Below, in pieces: positions 53,501 through 64,000 of a DNA stretch of 64,000 nucleotides. A program made the translations under genes and the position numbers. This DNA is from Macrostomum lignano. Taxonomy: Eukaryota. How positions within the stretch are numbered: the first letter of the stretch is position 1; each line of letters opens with the position of its first letter. Under the pieces are notes generated by a model. It did not search any database. It saw only the letters and a list, made by a program, of their open reading frames with translations, and was not told where the DNA came from. The stretch covers positions 108,792 through 172,791 of the forward strand of contig NIVC01001508.1 of NCBI GenBank assembly GCA_002269645.1, given 5' to 3'.

Positions 53501-54255
53501 CGTGCTACATTGTGCACTAGTTAAAGTACCTGGCATGCACGCTTGCCCGTTTCGTTTTAAAGTTGTGCATGATCAAAGTCGAGAGCAAAGGTTACTTTTA
53601 TTTTGAGTACGTTGATATATTTGCTATAATAAATTTAGCACAGATACACAATTATTTATTTTTAAAGAGTTCTAACCAGCTTCATTAAATTTCTTTGTGT
53701 TTTAATGTACTAAGCCTTAGCTGATTCTATTCAAAAATTAGATGGATTCAGCCATAAAAAATTGTGTTTAAAAACGAATATAGTCAAACAGTACTATTTG
53801 TTTGCCAACTCAAATTTGAGGTGGCATCGACCGACGGATACAGCGTGGAGGCGGAGGAGACTACCGGCCCATTCCTCAATTAGCCCCCATGGCGACCAAA
53901 GCCCGTCCAACGAAGTGGTATCGCGATCAGGAATCGTCAGTCTCACGCCTTTAATTGCAGCGCAGTCTTTCTCACCAGTGGCGGAGAAGAAATTAGCTCG
54001 TCCCCACATGTCCCCAAGGTTACTTAAAAGGGAATTGGCCCAGAGGTGAGTGATTTTGTCCTTGATGGTGAAAACAGGCGCAAAGTAGAAAAGTACTTTG
54101 CGTTTTTTACTGTGCCTGCGATTGTGACAAATGGATCCTCACGCAAAAACCTGGCCCTGGGTGGCTAGAGAAACAGCCATGCCCAGAGGGGGCCATGCTG
54201 ACTGCTCGTCTAAGGTTTCTGAGGTTGAGCAAGCCTAATTAAGGAGCTTATGGCT

Positions 54256-54573
54256 CTAATATGTACAGCTGGAAGTGCAGGGGAGAGTTGGGGATCGGGA
54301 CTGGCATGCAATTAAATGTACAAGTGTTGTACGTGAACCTGCGAAGATTCTCAGAGTCCATGCCCAGCGTCTACAGGCGGGATCTGAATCACCGAGAAGT
54401 TGAGAACGGCGATGGGGGCCGGGCAGTGCGGTAGAAATGGAATTTGAGTTGTCTGCACTCGCTCGTGTCGTGTCGAGGCTGAATGACCTTGTAAGCCTAG
54501 CTCTGGCAGCAGCTCTGGATCGAATAGCGGCTTTCATGGGATTGAATCCGTGAACAGTTTGACCCTGTCGCAC
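54256..54573 (-). pseudogene. Possible decayed non-LTR retrotransposon C-terminal (CCHC-like) fragment
   Basis: GDSDPACRR...TLVHLIACQS loosely resembles the C..C..ET..H...C knuckle; weak. Confidence 0.25.
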
Positions 54574-55094
54574 TTCTCGAGAGTCTTGATCGATCGTCTG
54601 GAGTGCGGGGTAAGCGAACGCATCTTAAAAGCCTGAACTTTTCTTAAGGCTAGCACAGCGTTTCAGAAGACACCTGGTGCTCTTTGCCGCTTCTCCTTTG
54701 ACATGTAAATATTCTGAGGAAGAGCACTGAGGAGGAAAAAGCATTCCAATGCCTTCAATGGGAGTAGAGGGTGCGCCCATAGTCGCACGGCAATTTACAT
54801 GTAGCTTGCCCTGGACTCTGTAGAGAGCGTTGCTTCTAGTAAAGGAAATGAGCCTCCCTAGGTAGTGTCCACGTTGCGCCTGATCTGAGCCAGGACAGGC
54901 CAGGACAGTTCATAGTGAGGCGCGGTAGGAAGCCGGCCCCCTTCTCTATACAATATATTTTCGTGGGGCTTCGTGACCCAGAGCAGTAATGGTTGGTACA
55001 TGTAAACATGACCGCTGGGATTTCGACTCTGCTAAGAGAGAGGGAGGCCACGCTGGTTCGCTCAGACGCTCCGCTCGCCCCAGGAAACCCTGAA

Positions 55095-55638
55095 GACAAA
55101 CAACAACAACAATTAACTACACAGCTCATCATGAAAGGTCACAGTTAGAGTAGGGTGCGTCAGATGCGCGCCGCAGAGCCTGAGAGCGGACGAAGTTGTC
55201 GGACGCCCCGGCATCGCGTAGGAGGCAGTCCACGTATCGACGGGTTTGAGCCTGACCCCGCCTGAACGGGCCCTGCAAGGTGAGCAGCAGGATGTCCTGA
55301 ACAGGTTGGGGGCAGTAGCCCTCGGCCCGGATCACGTGGCCCGCCAGTTGAAGTCGCCGCCGGCGCAGGATGGTGGACGGGCGCTGCAGTTTGGCCCGAT
55401 CGTACAGGGCCTCGGTCCCGACGCTCTCGTCAGCTCGAAAGGCCGCACGGAGCAGCCCTGAGTGCGCCGAGAGTCCAGCTGCCGCTCTAGCGTAGCCGTC
55501 AGCGTTGTAGAGCAGGACGGTTTCAACCACCGCCTGCCACAGCCGACGTCCCGAAGAAAATCGCTGATGAAGATCTCTGATGTCGACCAAAGCGGCCGCC
55601 ACAGTCAGCGTCATAGCACACCTTGAGAATGGGGTCAA
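55095..55638 (-). mobile_element. 5'-truncated LINE (non-LTR) 3' fragment
   Basis: LLRAAF..TEALY..PSTILRRRRLQLAGHVIR..GPFRRGQ..RRYVD is typical of the post-RT C-terminus of LINEs; short simple-repeat tail downstream. Confidence 0.7.
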
Positions 55639-56175
55639 ATGGAGATCGCTGCAAAGCGTATTCAGTAAATATAAAATTAAAAAGGAAATCTCGGAAAAGG
55701 TTTCGAATGTTAAAAGCTTTATACTGTTAGAGGATAGAGTATAGTACTTTACCTTAATGACACCCGTGAGACAGAAATTCTAGCAAATTTGTCGAAGACG
55801 TGTTGTAAGCTAAATCCAACTGCCAAGAACTACTCAATGTAGGGCGGGAAACTAAACTACATGTACGTTTTTTTAGAAAATATGTTAAAAAATGTTTTTT
55901 TCGAGAAAATAAACTGTAGAGATAGGAAGCTAATTTCATTTCTTCAGTACAAAAATTGCTCTCGCTTTCAATAGGAGGCAGACCCAGCCTATGTTCATCT
56001 TTTAATATGTTGTGCCTTTCATAGCTCTATTGATACTCATAAAGTTTTTCGTTTAGAAAATTACGATTCTGTTTAAATAACTAGCAGCTAAATACTCTGT
56101 TTGCGCACGAGAAGGAATATTTATTTACTAGCGAGATTTATTCACCGGGATATTTATTCACTTTCTTTCGTTGTA

Positions 56176-59100
56176 TTATTTCGACGGCTTTGACTTAGAG
56201 AGGAAACTGCTAAGCAAGCATGAACCATGAACCGCGACAGAACCATGGCTCGGCACCGAAGGACCCTGAACTCTGGGTTCAACTGCACCAGGGAGCGGAT
56301 TTCTTGCCCTTGTAAGCTTTGAGGGGTCAAGCTGACTCATAGGCAGTGTAGCGATCGCATCCAGAAAGGAGGCGAGATCCTTCACCTCATAGCAGTCAGG
56401 TGATTGGTGTTGTCAAGATCCCGAGGGTCATGGCCCAGCTTCGAGCTAATGACAGCCCAATCGGTATTCCTGGCATTTCGGCTTCATGGGACCTTTGGCT
56501 TTTGCGTAGTCAGCCCGAGGCAAAAGTGAACAAAACGGTAGCCCTAGAGCGATCGAGCTAGCCGTCGTCCGACCACGTCAGTCCAGGTGAGGGGATGGCG
56601 GATGTCAACGTCTTCGGCCCACCTCCCGTTGATGAACTTGAGGTGTATGCCCTCGTTTCAAAAATAAAATTTTCGTGCTGCTGACGTAGGCCAGCAGCTC
56701 TTAGCCTCTGTTGTTCGGTCTTGCAACCCCAATGCAGGTGGTGCACATTTACATCCCCTGCAATGAGCAACTCGAACTGCCGGGACGCAAACGTAGTAAA
56801 TGAGGTCGACTAGCGCGTCGCAAAACACGGAAGCGTCGCCCGGGAAGTAGGCGGATGCTACTAGGGTGGATTTATTGAAGACAAAATTATTGATTTGGAC
56901 AACACAGATGTCCCCAGTCGAAGGATCAGGTCTTACCCATGCCTCAAAGATTTTTGCAAAAAAGATCATATATCTTGGACAAGGCTGAGAGTCTGCCATG
57001 CAAAAACAGTTGTAGCCAGATAGAACATTATTTTGCTTACCAGGTCATCCAGGGCTTTTGTACAAAGATCAGGCTCGGGAGATGCTGTGTTGTGCGCATC
57101 AGGTTGGCTAGTGCCCATAAGCAGTGCTGGGTATTGATCTGCAGACATTAGGTTGACGCTGGAATCGTGCACAGCAGATCAGGTGTTGCAGCCGCCAGGT
57201 CGAGTTACTCCTCCTCATCGACGCTCACCAGCTTCGGGTTGGGGTCGCTGGTACCCATGAGCTCCTTAGCAAAAGGTCCCTGACCATTCGGAAGGCAGCT
57301 TAGACGGCATTCGCTTGCCCTTTGCTCAACGACTGCGGGGTCCCCCGCCTCAGACTGGCCCAATGCCCTGGAGCTCCTTGAGAGTTCTGCCTCGAGAGGG
57401 ATTGGGCCCATGCAACTGGGACGAGCTGGTGCGCCTGGGCGTTCCGGGGACCTCTCACCTCAACAAGCTGATTTTTGCTGTGAGAACCGCTTCAGCTGCT
57501 CGCTAGAACAGGCTGCGCCGTCTGGTGCTGCGCGCTGGGAGTTGGCCGCCTCCGCCCTCAGCAAGCATTTATCCTAGTCCTCGCGGCCTTACTGCCAGGC
57601 GGGGCGGTTCTCTCAGCAGCTGCCAGGACCCCGGCATATGGTGAGCCCAAAACTGAAAGTCGTGCCTCAGTGCTGTCAGAGTGGCCGTTTTGAGCAGGGT
57701 CATGACAATCGGGTTATTTGGAGGCACTACGGTTGATGGTGCAAACCACCGCACCGTCGACGTAGCATGGCTTACCTGCAGGCCACCTGCTCATAGAATA
57801 GAATGATGGCGAGCAGCGGCAGTACCGTCTCATTGGCGTTGATATGCTCGCTCAGGAAGATGCCACCGGCGTCACTGCAGAAGTCGACGAGGCGGAACTC
57901 GCGCCGGCCATCAGATGTGCTCAGGATCATACCACCGGCACTAACGCAGTAATCTGTCTCGACCGCTGAAAGCACTCGAGCACGTCGCCACAGCTTGTCG
58001 GTCGGGAACACTGGAATTGCATGTTGCCAGAACTGCAACTGTGCCAGAAGCTCGCCGCGCACCGGTACTAGATGATTCTGCTTTGGAATCTCCATGAGTG
58101 CGCGAAGCAGGGCCTTCGCAGGTTTGGCCACCTTGCAGAACCAGTTCAGTTTGCCGACTAGGTGATGAAGGCGACGTTTTTGCAGGCTTTTTGAGTTGGC
58201 GCAGTCCTGGAGCAGCTCTCTAAGGCCGTCCATCTTCTCGGTAGGCAGCGACAGCAGGCCAGTCAATGTGTCGATCTGCACGCCCAGGAAAGTGACCGAA
58301 GTGTCTGGGCTCTGCGTCTTGACTCAGTTGATCCAGAAACCCAGGCAGAAATTTGTGCAGCTGTAGTCCCGGGCAGCTATGCAAAAATCTAGAGGTAGAG
58401 GTAGGCGATGACGGTGAATTTTGACAAATGCGAGAGAATTGTCAGTACAATGTAGCGCTTGACAGCTTGCGCTAGGCGGTGGAATATATGCCGCCGCACT
58501 GAAGCTGCACCGAATGGGAGTCGCGTGTCAACCAGGTAGGTTGGCTGACCGTCCAGCTCAAACGTCCACCTGAAATCCGTCGCCTGGTAGTAGTCTGGGT
58601 GCACTTGAGCGAGCGCTTCGGTAGGCGCGGCAAAGGTCGACCTTGCTGAGGAACCAGCCTGGTGCCAGTTGTGCAAACTTGTGCAGATCATTGAGGCTGT
58701 GGCACTGTAGCGCGGACGTGTCTTGAATCCTGGACGTGTCTGCCTTCGGGATGTCGCCCAGTGGGCTGATGATGGTCGGCCTGGCGATGCCCAAGTCAGT
58801 TGCGCAGATGTACTGGGCGGCCACGACCTCCTCCTCGCTGATATGCAGTTTAATGACATGCCAATTTGCTTCGCAGCGGGCAAATGCATGATTCTCGAGC
58901 TGGAATTCGCTGGTCGGGGAGTCGTCGGTGATGTGAAAGCCATCGCAAATTCCCGTGCTCAGAAACTCTGCCTCCGAGTAGCCGAGCAAGAGCTTTGGAG
59001 TGCAGCCACCAGGTCGGCGGCGAGGTCCGCAGCAGGGCCAGCGGCAGGGCTAGCGGCAGGGCAAGCGGCAGGGCTAGCGGCAGGGCTAGCGGCAGGGCTA

Positions 59101-59900
59101 GCGGCAGGGCTAGCGGCAGGGCTAGCGGCAGGGCTAGCGGCAGGGCTAGCGGCAGAGCATCTGTCTCGCATGAGGGGAAATTGGATATTGGACTGTATTG
59201 ATTATGCTGAAATATTGGACTGTCTAGCAGACGCCGTCCGCTTAGGACTAAAAATGGACCCGGCTCTTTGATTAGTTGTTTTATTCGGCAGCCACCGAGC
59301 CGTGTTGCGGCTTTGAGTGGCTCCCTTCACAGATGCGGCAGATGTGGGCGAAATTGCAGGTGTTTCTGTGACAGCCTTTGTTGCTATTGAACAAGCCGCA
59401 GATGACCCCAGCAGATGACAGCTGACCCTTGCTCCGGTGACTTTGGACTCCTTGACTGACGGCCACTGGGCCAGCAGCTCGTAGGTTTTTGGGCGCCGTC
59501 ATATGCTTGATGATGAGGTTCAGATTGGGGCTGTCCAGTCGCGCTGTCATAAGTGCTGCTGCAGCCTCATGTCCTGGTCTTACTTAGGCACCAACTTCCA
59601 GTCGTAGCACGGTTCAATCAGCTTACCAACGTGGATGTTGAAGTTGGGGTAGGCACTCAGCCTCTTGCAGTCGGGTTCTCCATCCGTACCGGGCGCCACC
59701 ATGAGCTGGCCGGTCTCCAGAAGCCGCTGCATGATGCGCGCATTGGCAACCATGCACCCACTAGCCGAAGTTGACTCCTGTGTAACGCAGGCATATAACA
59801 GAGACGCAAGGCAGGTTCCAAAAAGGGAAACTACCACACCCTGCTTTGGAACCAAAGGGAAACCATTCGCGACCATGACGATGACCATGACTCGATCTAT
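56176..59900 (-). mobile_element. Decayed DIRS/Ngaro-like tyrosine-recombinase retrotransposon (gag-RT-RH, probable YR)
   Basis: gag-like ANARIMQRLL..YDWK plus zinc finger CGLFN..GC..TCNFAHICRICEGSH. RT: GICDGFHI..ISPLGDIPK..SKVDLCRAYR..VDTRLPFG..TFLGVQIDT. RNase H: LVGKLNW..HINANE. The YR region (56176-57200) is too decayed to read its catalytic residues. Confidence 0.75.
59040..59155. repeat. 12-bp repeat (GCGGCAGGGCTA) about x9, inside the DIRS-like element
   Basis: Read directly. Confidence 0.95.
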
Positions 59901-60159
59901 GACTAAGCGTCCATATCAGCAGTTACAACAACAACAACAGAACAGGGCGCCTCAAGGCCAGGTCGCAAATGAACGCCGGCATCAGCCAGCAGGCAGTCGA
60001 CGAAACGCCGAGTGCGCGCCTGCTCGCCTGTGGCCTGCCAGCTGGAGTCGCCGATGGTGCAACAGGTCGCTTGGACGGACCAGGCCGGCGCGGTGATATA
60101 AAGCCGCTTTGGTCACTCGCTCGTAGCCAATCTTGAAGGCAGCGCGCTGCAGGCGCGTT

Positions 60160-60450
60160 TGCCTGCGGGAAGTTTGCTAGCCGACGTTTGCCTGTCGAAG
60201 TTTGCTAGCCGACGTTTGCCTGCGGGATGTTTGCCTGCGGGAAGTTTGCTAGCCGACGTTTGCCAGCCGACGTTTGCATGCGGGACGTTTGCCAGCCGAT
60301 GTTTACCAGCCGACGTTTGCCAGCCGATGTTTACCAGCCGACGTTTGCCAGCCGACGCTTGCTAGCCGACGTTTGCCTGTGGGATGTTTGCCAGCCGACG
60401 TTTGCCAGCCGACGTTTGCGAGCCGACGTTTGCCAGCCGACATTTGCCAG
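60160..60450. repeat. 14-16-bp repeat (GCCAGCCGACGTTT)
   Basis: Read directly. Confidence 0.9.
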
Positions 60451-61019
60451 CCAACATTAAGTCAGTGAGTGAAAAATTTGATACTAAAATATTCGCAGTT
60501 TAGCGGTTTGAAAAAAACGTTTTTTAACCGGTTATTCGCAATTATAAAAGTTCGAAAACAAAATCTATACAAATTATGCAGTTCATCAATCTAACAGCTA
60601 GTTTAACAAAAATTTCTTTGAATGTGAAAATATTATAAAGTTTACTTCCGACAGTTTTGTATCGCTTTTCCCACTTTGAGATGTTTAATTTTTGATTTGC
60701 GAATGAATTGACACGCAAATTTAAACGGGAATCTCCGGCGAGCCAAGTTTTGAGCAAATAAAAGAACTGCTAGCTTAAATACTAGTGTAGTGATCCGCTA
60801 GTTGGTGTTAGGCGTCGCGCTTTGTCAGCAGTCGCCCTTGCTTTCGCCCTCGCCCTGGGTTGCTGTCCGCCGTTGGTCAGCTTCCCGCCTCCCTCCTTTT
60901 GTCTGTCTGTTGCTGCTCCCTTCCCTCGTTTTTCCCGTTTTGCCCCTTTGTTTCTCAGCCCTCAGCTTCTCTCCTGTGGGCTGTCGCTGTTTCGTCAGTC
61001 TTGTTTTCCCCTGTCATGT

Positions 61020-61335
61020 GAGCCAGTCACATGACAGGTCTCTCGTTCTTGGAGTCCTAAAGTGCAGTAAACAAGTTTACTGCACTCGCTGGTCCTGTTT
61101 ACTGAGTGAGTCACGTGCTTTCGGTCCCCTCCCTTCTCTAAGGAGAGGAGTGATTCATGTTGCTAAAAATAGCAACTGAGTCACAGCCGCGTGTACTTCT
61201 GCCCGGAGACCCCAAGTGACGTCAGTTCTAAAAATAGAACGAGTCACGAGATCTTGTGCAATGGGACAGAGGTGAATCCTGCGCTATAAATAGGACCCCT
61301 CTCCCCCTTGTTTCCGTCAAGGAGTTTTCAGTTAT
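61020..61335 (+). promoter_or_regulatory. Candidate promoter/LTR-like motif cluster
   Basis: GTCACATGAC, TGAGTCACGTG, TGAGTCA, TGACGTCA, then TATAAATA at 61285; no downstream gene recognised. Confidence 0.25.
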
Positions 61336-64000
61336 CAGTATTTGCAGCCGAGTTCCTGAGATTCTGACTATTCGTCTTCGGAATCTTCTTCTTGTCTAGT
61401 TTTCCGGACTTCGTTCAGTTGTCCATTTAAGCTATCTGTAATTGGCCTGACTAAAACTTAGACGCTCAAGCCTAAGGGAGGCTAACACTGCCTTCCCAGC
61501 CACCCCTGAGCCCGGCGGGGATTTGCTGATCAGGACGCCTTGTTCATTAATCTGCAAATCTGCACGCTGTGCTGAGTTCGTTGACTTGTTTATTTCGTTC
61601 CGACGGGAAGCTCACCTCACCGAAGGCCGAGACCTGCACTTTGAAGGAACTGGTGGCAGCACTACCTACGCTACTAGGAGCTAAGAGAACTTCACTGAAG
61701 GGGCTCGAGTCTTAAGGTAATCTTAAGTGCCTAAAACGGGAAGAAACACCAATCTACTTCACTTCCCAGTTCATTGGGAGATCCAAAAGTAAGTGAATTA
61801 ATTCCAATGCAGCTTGTCAAGTGCACGCTGTCATGGCCAAACTCCGTTAAGCAGAGTTTGGCTATTGAGTAAGTAATATACCATTACTACCATTACAAGT
61901 CTATACCATTATGGATGTCTCAGTCTTTTCATTTAGCTTGTAAACACTTAGCTTGTTTGGCTACTGAGATGGAAAGGGCCATTCCATGGCATACATAGAC
62001 ATCAACTGTGACGGTGGAAACTCCTATTTTGTATTTTTACCTTTATTTACCTTTTAAATTACCTTTTAAAAGGCCTTCCAAATACACAGTGAATTAGCAA
62101 GCATTCCACGTAGCACTAAGCAATGTAACCTGTATATTGCTTAGCAGTAGAAGGGAGTGTGACGTTGCTAGTTTAAAGTAGTCCCACAAAAGGGCCGTTG
62201 GACTGTAATTTCCCTTGCAATTTCTCACTTAAATTTCTCCAATAGTTTTTTTTAACGTTTACTTATAGTAGCGTGCAACTAATCTGTATCAATTGCTAAT
62301 TCACTGTGTATTTGGAAGGCCTTGCGTTCGTCTGTAAAATTTAGCACGATGATCGATAATTTCAAGTTCTCTCGCCAGCCAATGAAAACTCTCCGCGTGC
62401 TTATTGCTAGCCCTCTGCGCTCTTTATTAACCCCCGCCTGGCGGCGGGCTGGGGGCCTTCACTTGGCTTTCTCTTTGCTTTCTCTTTGCTCCCTTGCGGC
62501 CCTTGTGTTTTCGTCTCGTTTTCCTTCTCTCGCCTGGCTGCCTCGAGCCTCCTTATCTCACGCCACGGCTCCTCTGTCTGGGCCCGCCTGTCTACACACC
62601 GTTACTCCACTGTGTACTGCCACGGCTCACGCCATTCTCGCCGCTACTTATCCGCCCGTCTACTTGCTACTCACTGCTTCCACTGTGCTCATCGCCATCA
62701 CCCACCACGTTACGTCACCATTGTATCCTTCGTCTGCTACTCGACTTCATCATTCTAAATTACCTTCAAAACCTTTGTTGCAGTCGCCAGTGTCCCAAAG
62801 CGCAATAAGTTTTGTATTGACATTAACCAGTTCTAATATTGATCTCAACAATAAATTAACTACGGCAGTTTCCTGCCCTTATACGCCAAGTGCTCCGCTA
62901 CACAATCCATTTTGCAAGAATTGACTTCGATTCATTTTGGGACTACAACGACTTACGACAACTCTCGTTAAAACGGCCCTTTTAAGGGTCCTAGCACGCC
63001 AATAACGTGACAGGAGCCAGGTGAAATTAGATTAGTGCTATGTCCACAGTTTTCAAATGCAAATACATGTAAGCCTAGAGAGAGCAAACTGCCGCACACT
63101 CAAGACAGTTACCCTATACTTAAAAGACCTGCCTTAACACTTACGGAACACTTGCTAATTATAGCACTCACTTTCTATTTGTTAATAAAAGAGCGCTGTT
63201 CAGACTGTTTGATAAAAATATTCACTTAGATACATGTATTTCACTAAGCTTATAAACACATCCCATCACCGAATACATATTTTCCATTCTGTAAAAGATA
63301 TATGCTGTACATTTTCTTCATGTTTAGTGCAAATTGTGATAAGCAAGGACCACCAGCTGTATATAACTGTTATCGAGTGGTCCTTGTGATCGAGTTTGTT
63401 AATTTTAATTTTGTGCTTTGCCAAACTTATTAACTGCTGCTTTGCCAAATTTAAGTGCACACGTTTGAAAAATGTAAGTGTCACTATTAAATTTGATGAA
63501 ATAAAAATATTTTAGGAGTTGAAAAACTCCTAAAAACACAAAACAGAAAGAAACAAGCGCAAACGATTGAACAATTTTTATACATGTACATGTAGATATC
63601 TATAAATTTCAACATTCTCCGTTTCAAAATTCAATTACTTTTAAATCTCTCAGAACTGCATATACTATGCATATACGAATGGTTTATATGAACCGAACCG
63701 CCACAATTAACAACTGGGATTTATTGCATCGTGCCTTCCTTTTTTTTTTGAAGTTAAAATTTCGCGATGATATTATCGCGATAAATAAGTTCTACTAAAG
63801 TTAGCTGCTGTTGCCACAAAAATTAAAAAAAACAATTGTATTAGCTTATAGCATTCTGCTATATTAACAATTAAGCATAAAAAAGTTTGTTATAACATTC
63901 AAATAATTTAAATTTAAGATAAAAATGTTCAAATATTGTTTGTCAAGTACTCAAGTTACTGCTATTGACTAACTGCTAACTGAGTATCAAATAATATATT

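Noticed and set aside
62322-62924. 200-aa ORF
   Set aside because: Non-ATG start, pyrimidine-rich low complexity and no recognisable motif.
62178-62983. Short inverted matches (GTAGTCCCA/TGGGACTAC and AAAAGGGCCGTT/AACGGCCCTTTT) suggesting a MITE
   Set aside because: The two matches are in the wrong relative order for one TIR, and there is no TSD.

Overview
Eukaryotic (metazoan) genomic DNA, not prokaryotic. GC-rich spliced exons are separated by AT-rich or minisatellite-filled introns. The style resembles the flatworm Macrostomum, but that is an unverified impression. Host genes: two paralogous Mab-21/cGAS-like nucleotidyltransferase genes about 21.1 kb apart; a small secreted Cys-rich orphan; a phospholipid scramblase whose penultimate coding exon is split by a 2.3-kb TIR element with an 8-bp TSD; DPH7; a C2H2 zinc-finger gene; CNOT10. 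Mobile DNA: a decayed Ty3/Gypsy element, a head-to-tail pair of Helitron/Helentron-like non-autonomous elements with very long CT tracts, deleted Tc1/IS630-like and mariner elements, a piggyBac remnant, an intron-containing Ginger-like integrase transposon (TGT..ACA ends, CCGG TSD), a tRNA-derived CORE-like SINE, a LINE 3' fragment and a DIRS/Ngaro-like retrotransposon. Best leads: the diverging cGAS-like pair, the exon insertion that could be spliced out in frame, the Ginger element and the frameshifted 12-Cys secreted protein. Most long ORFs in the supplied track over 9.7-15.1 kb and 32-50 kb are translations of repeats. All alignments and counts were done by eye; no searches were run.
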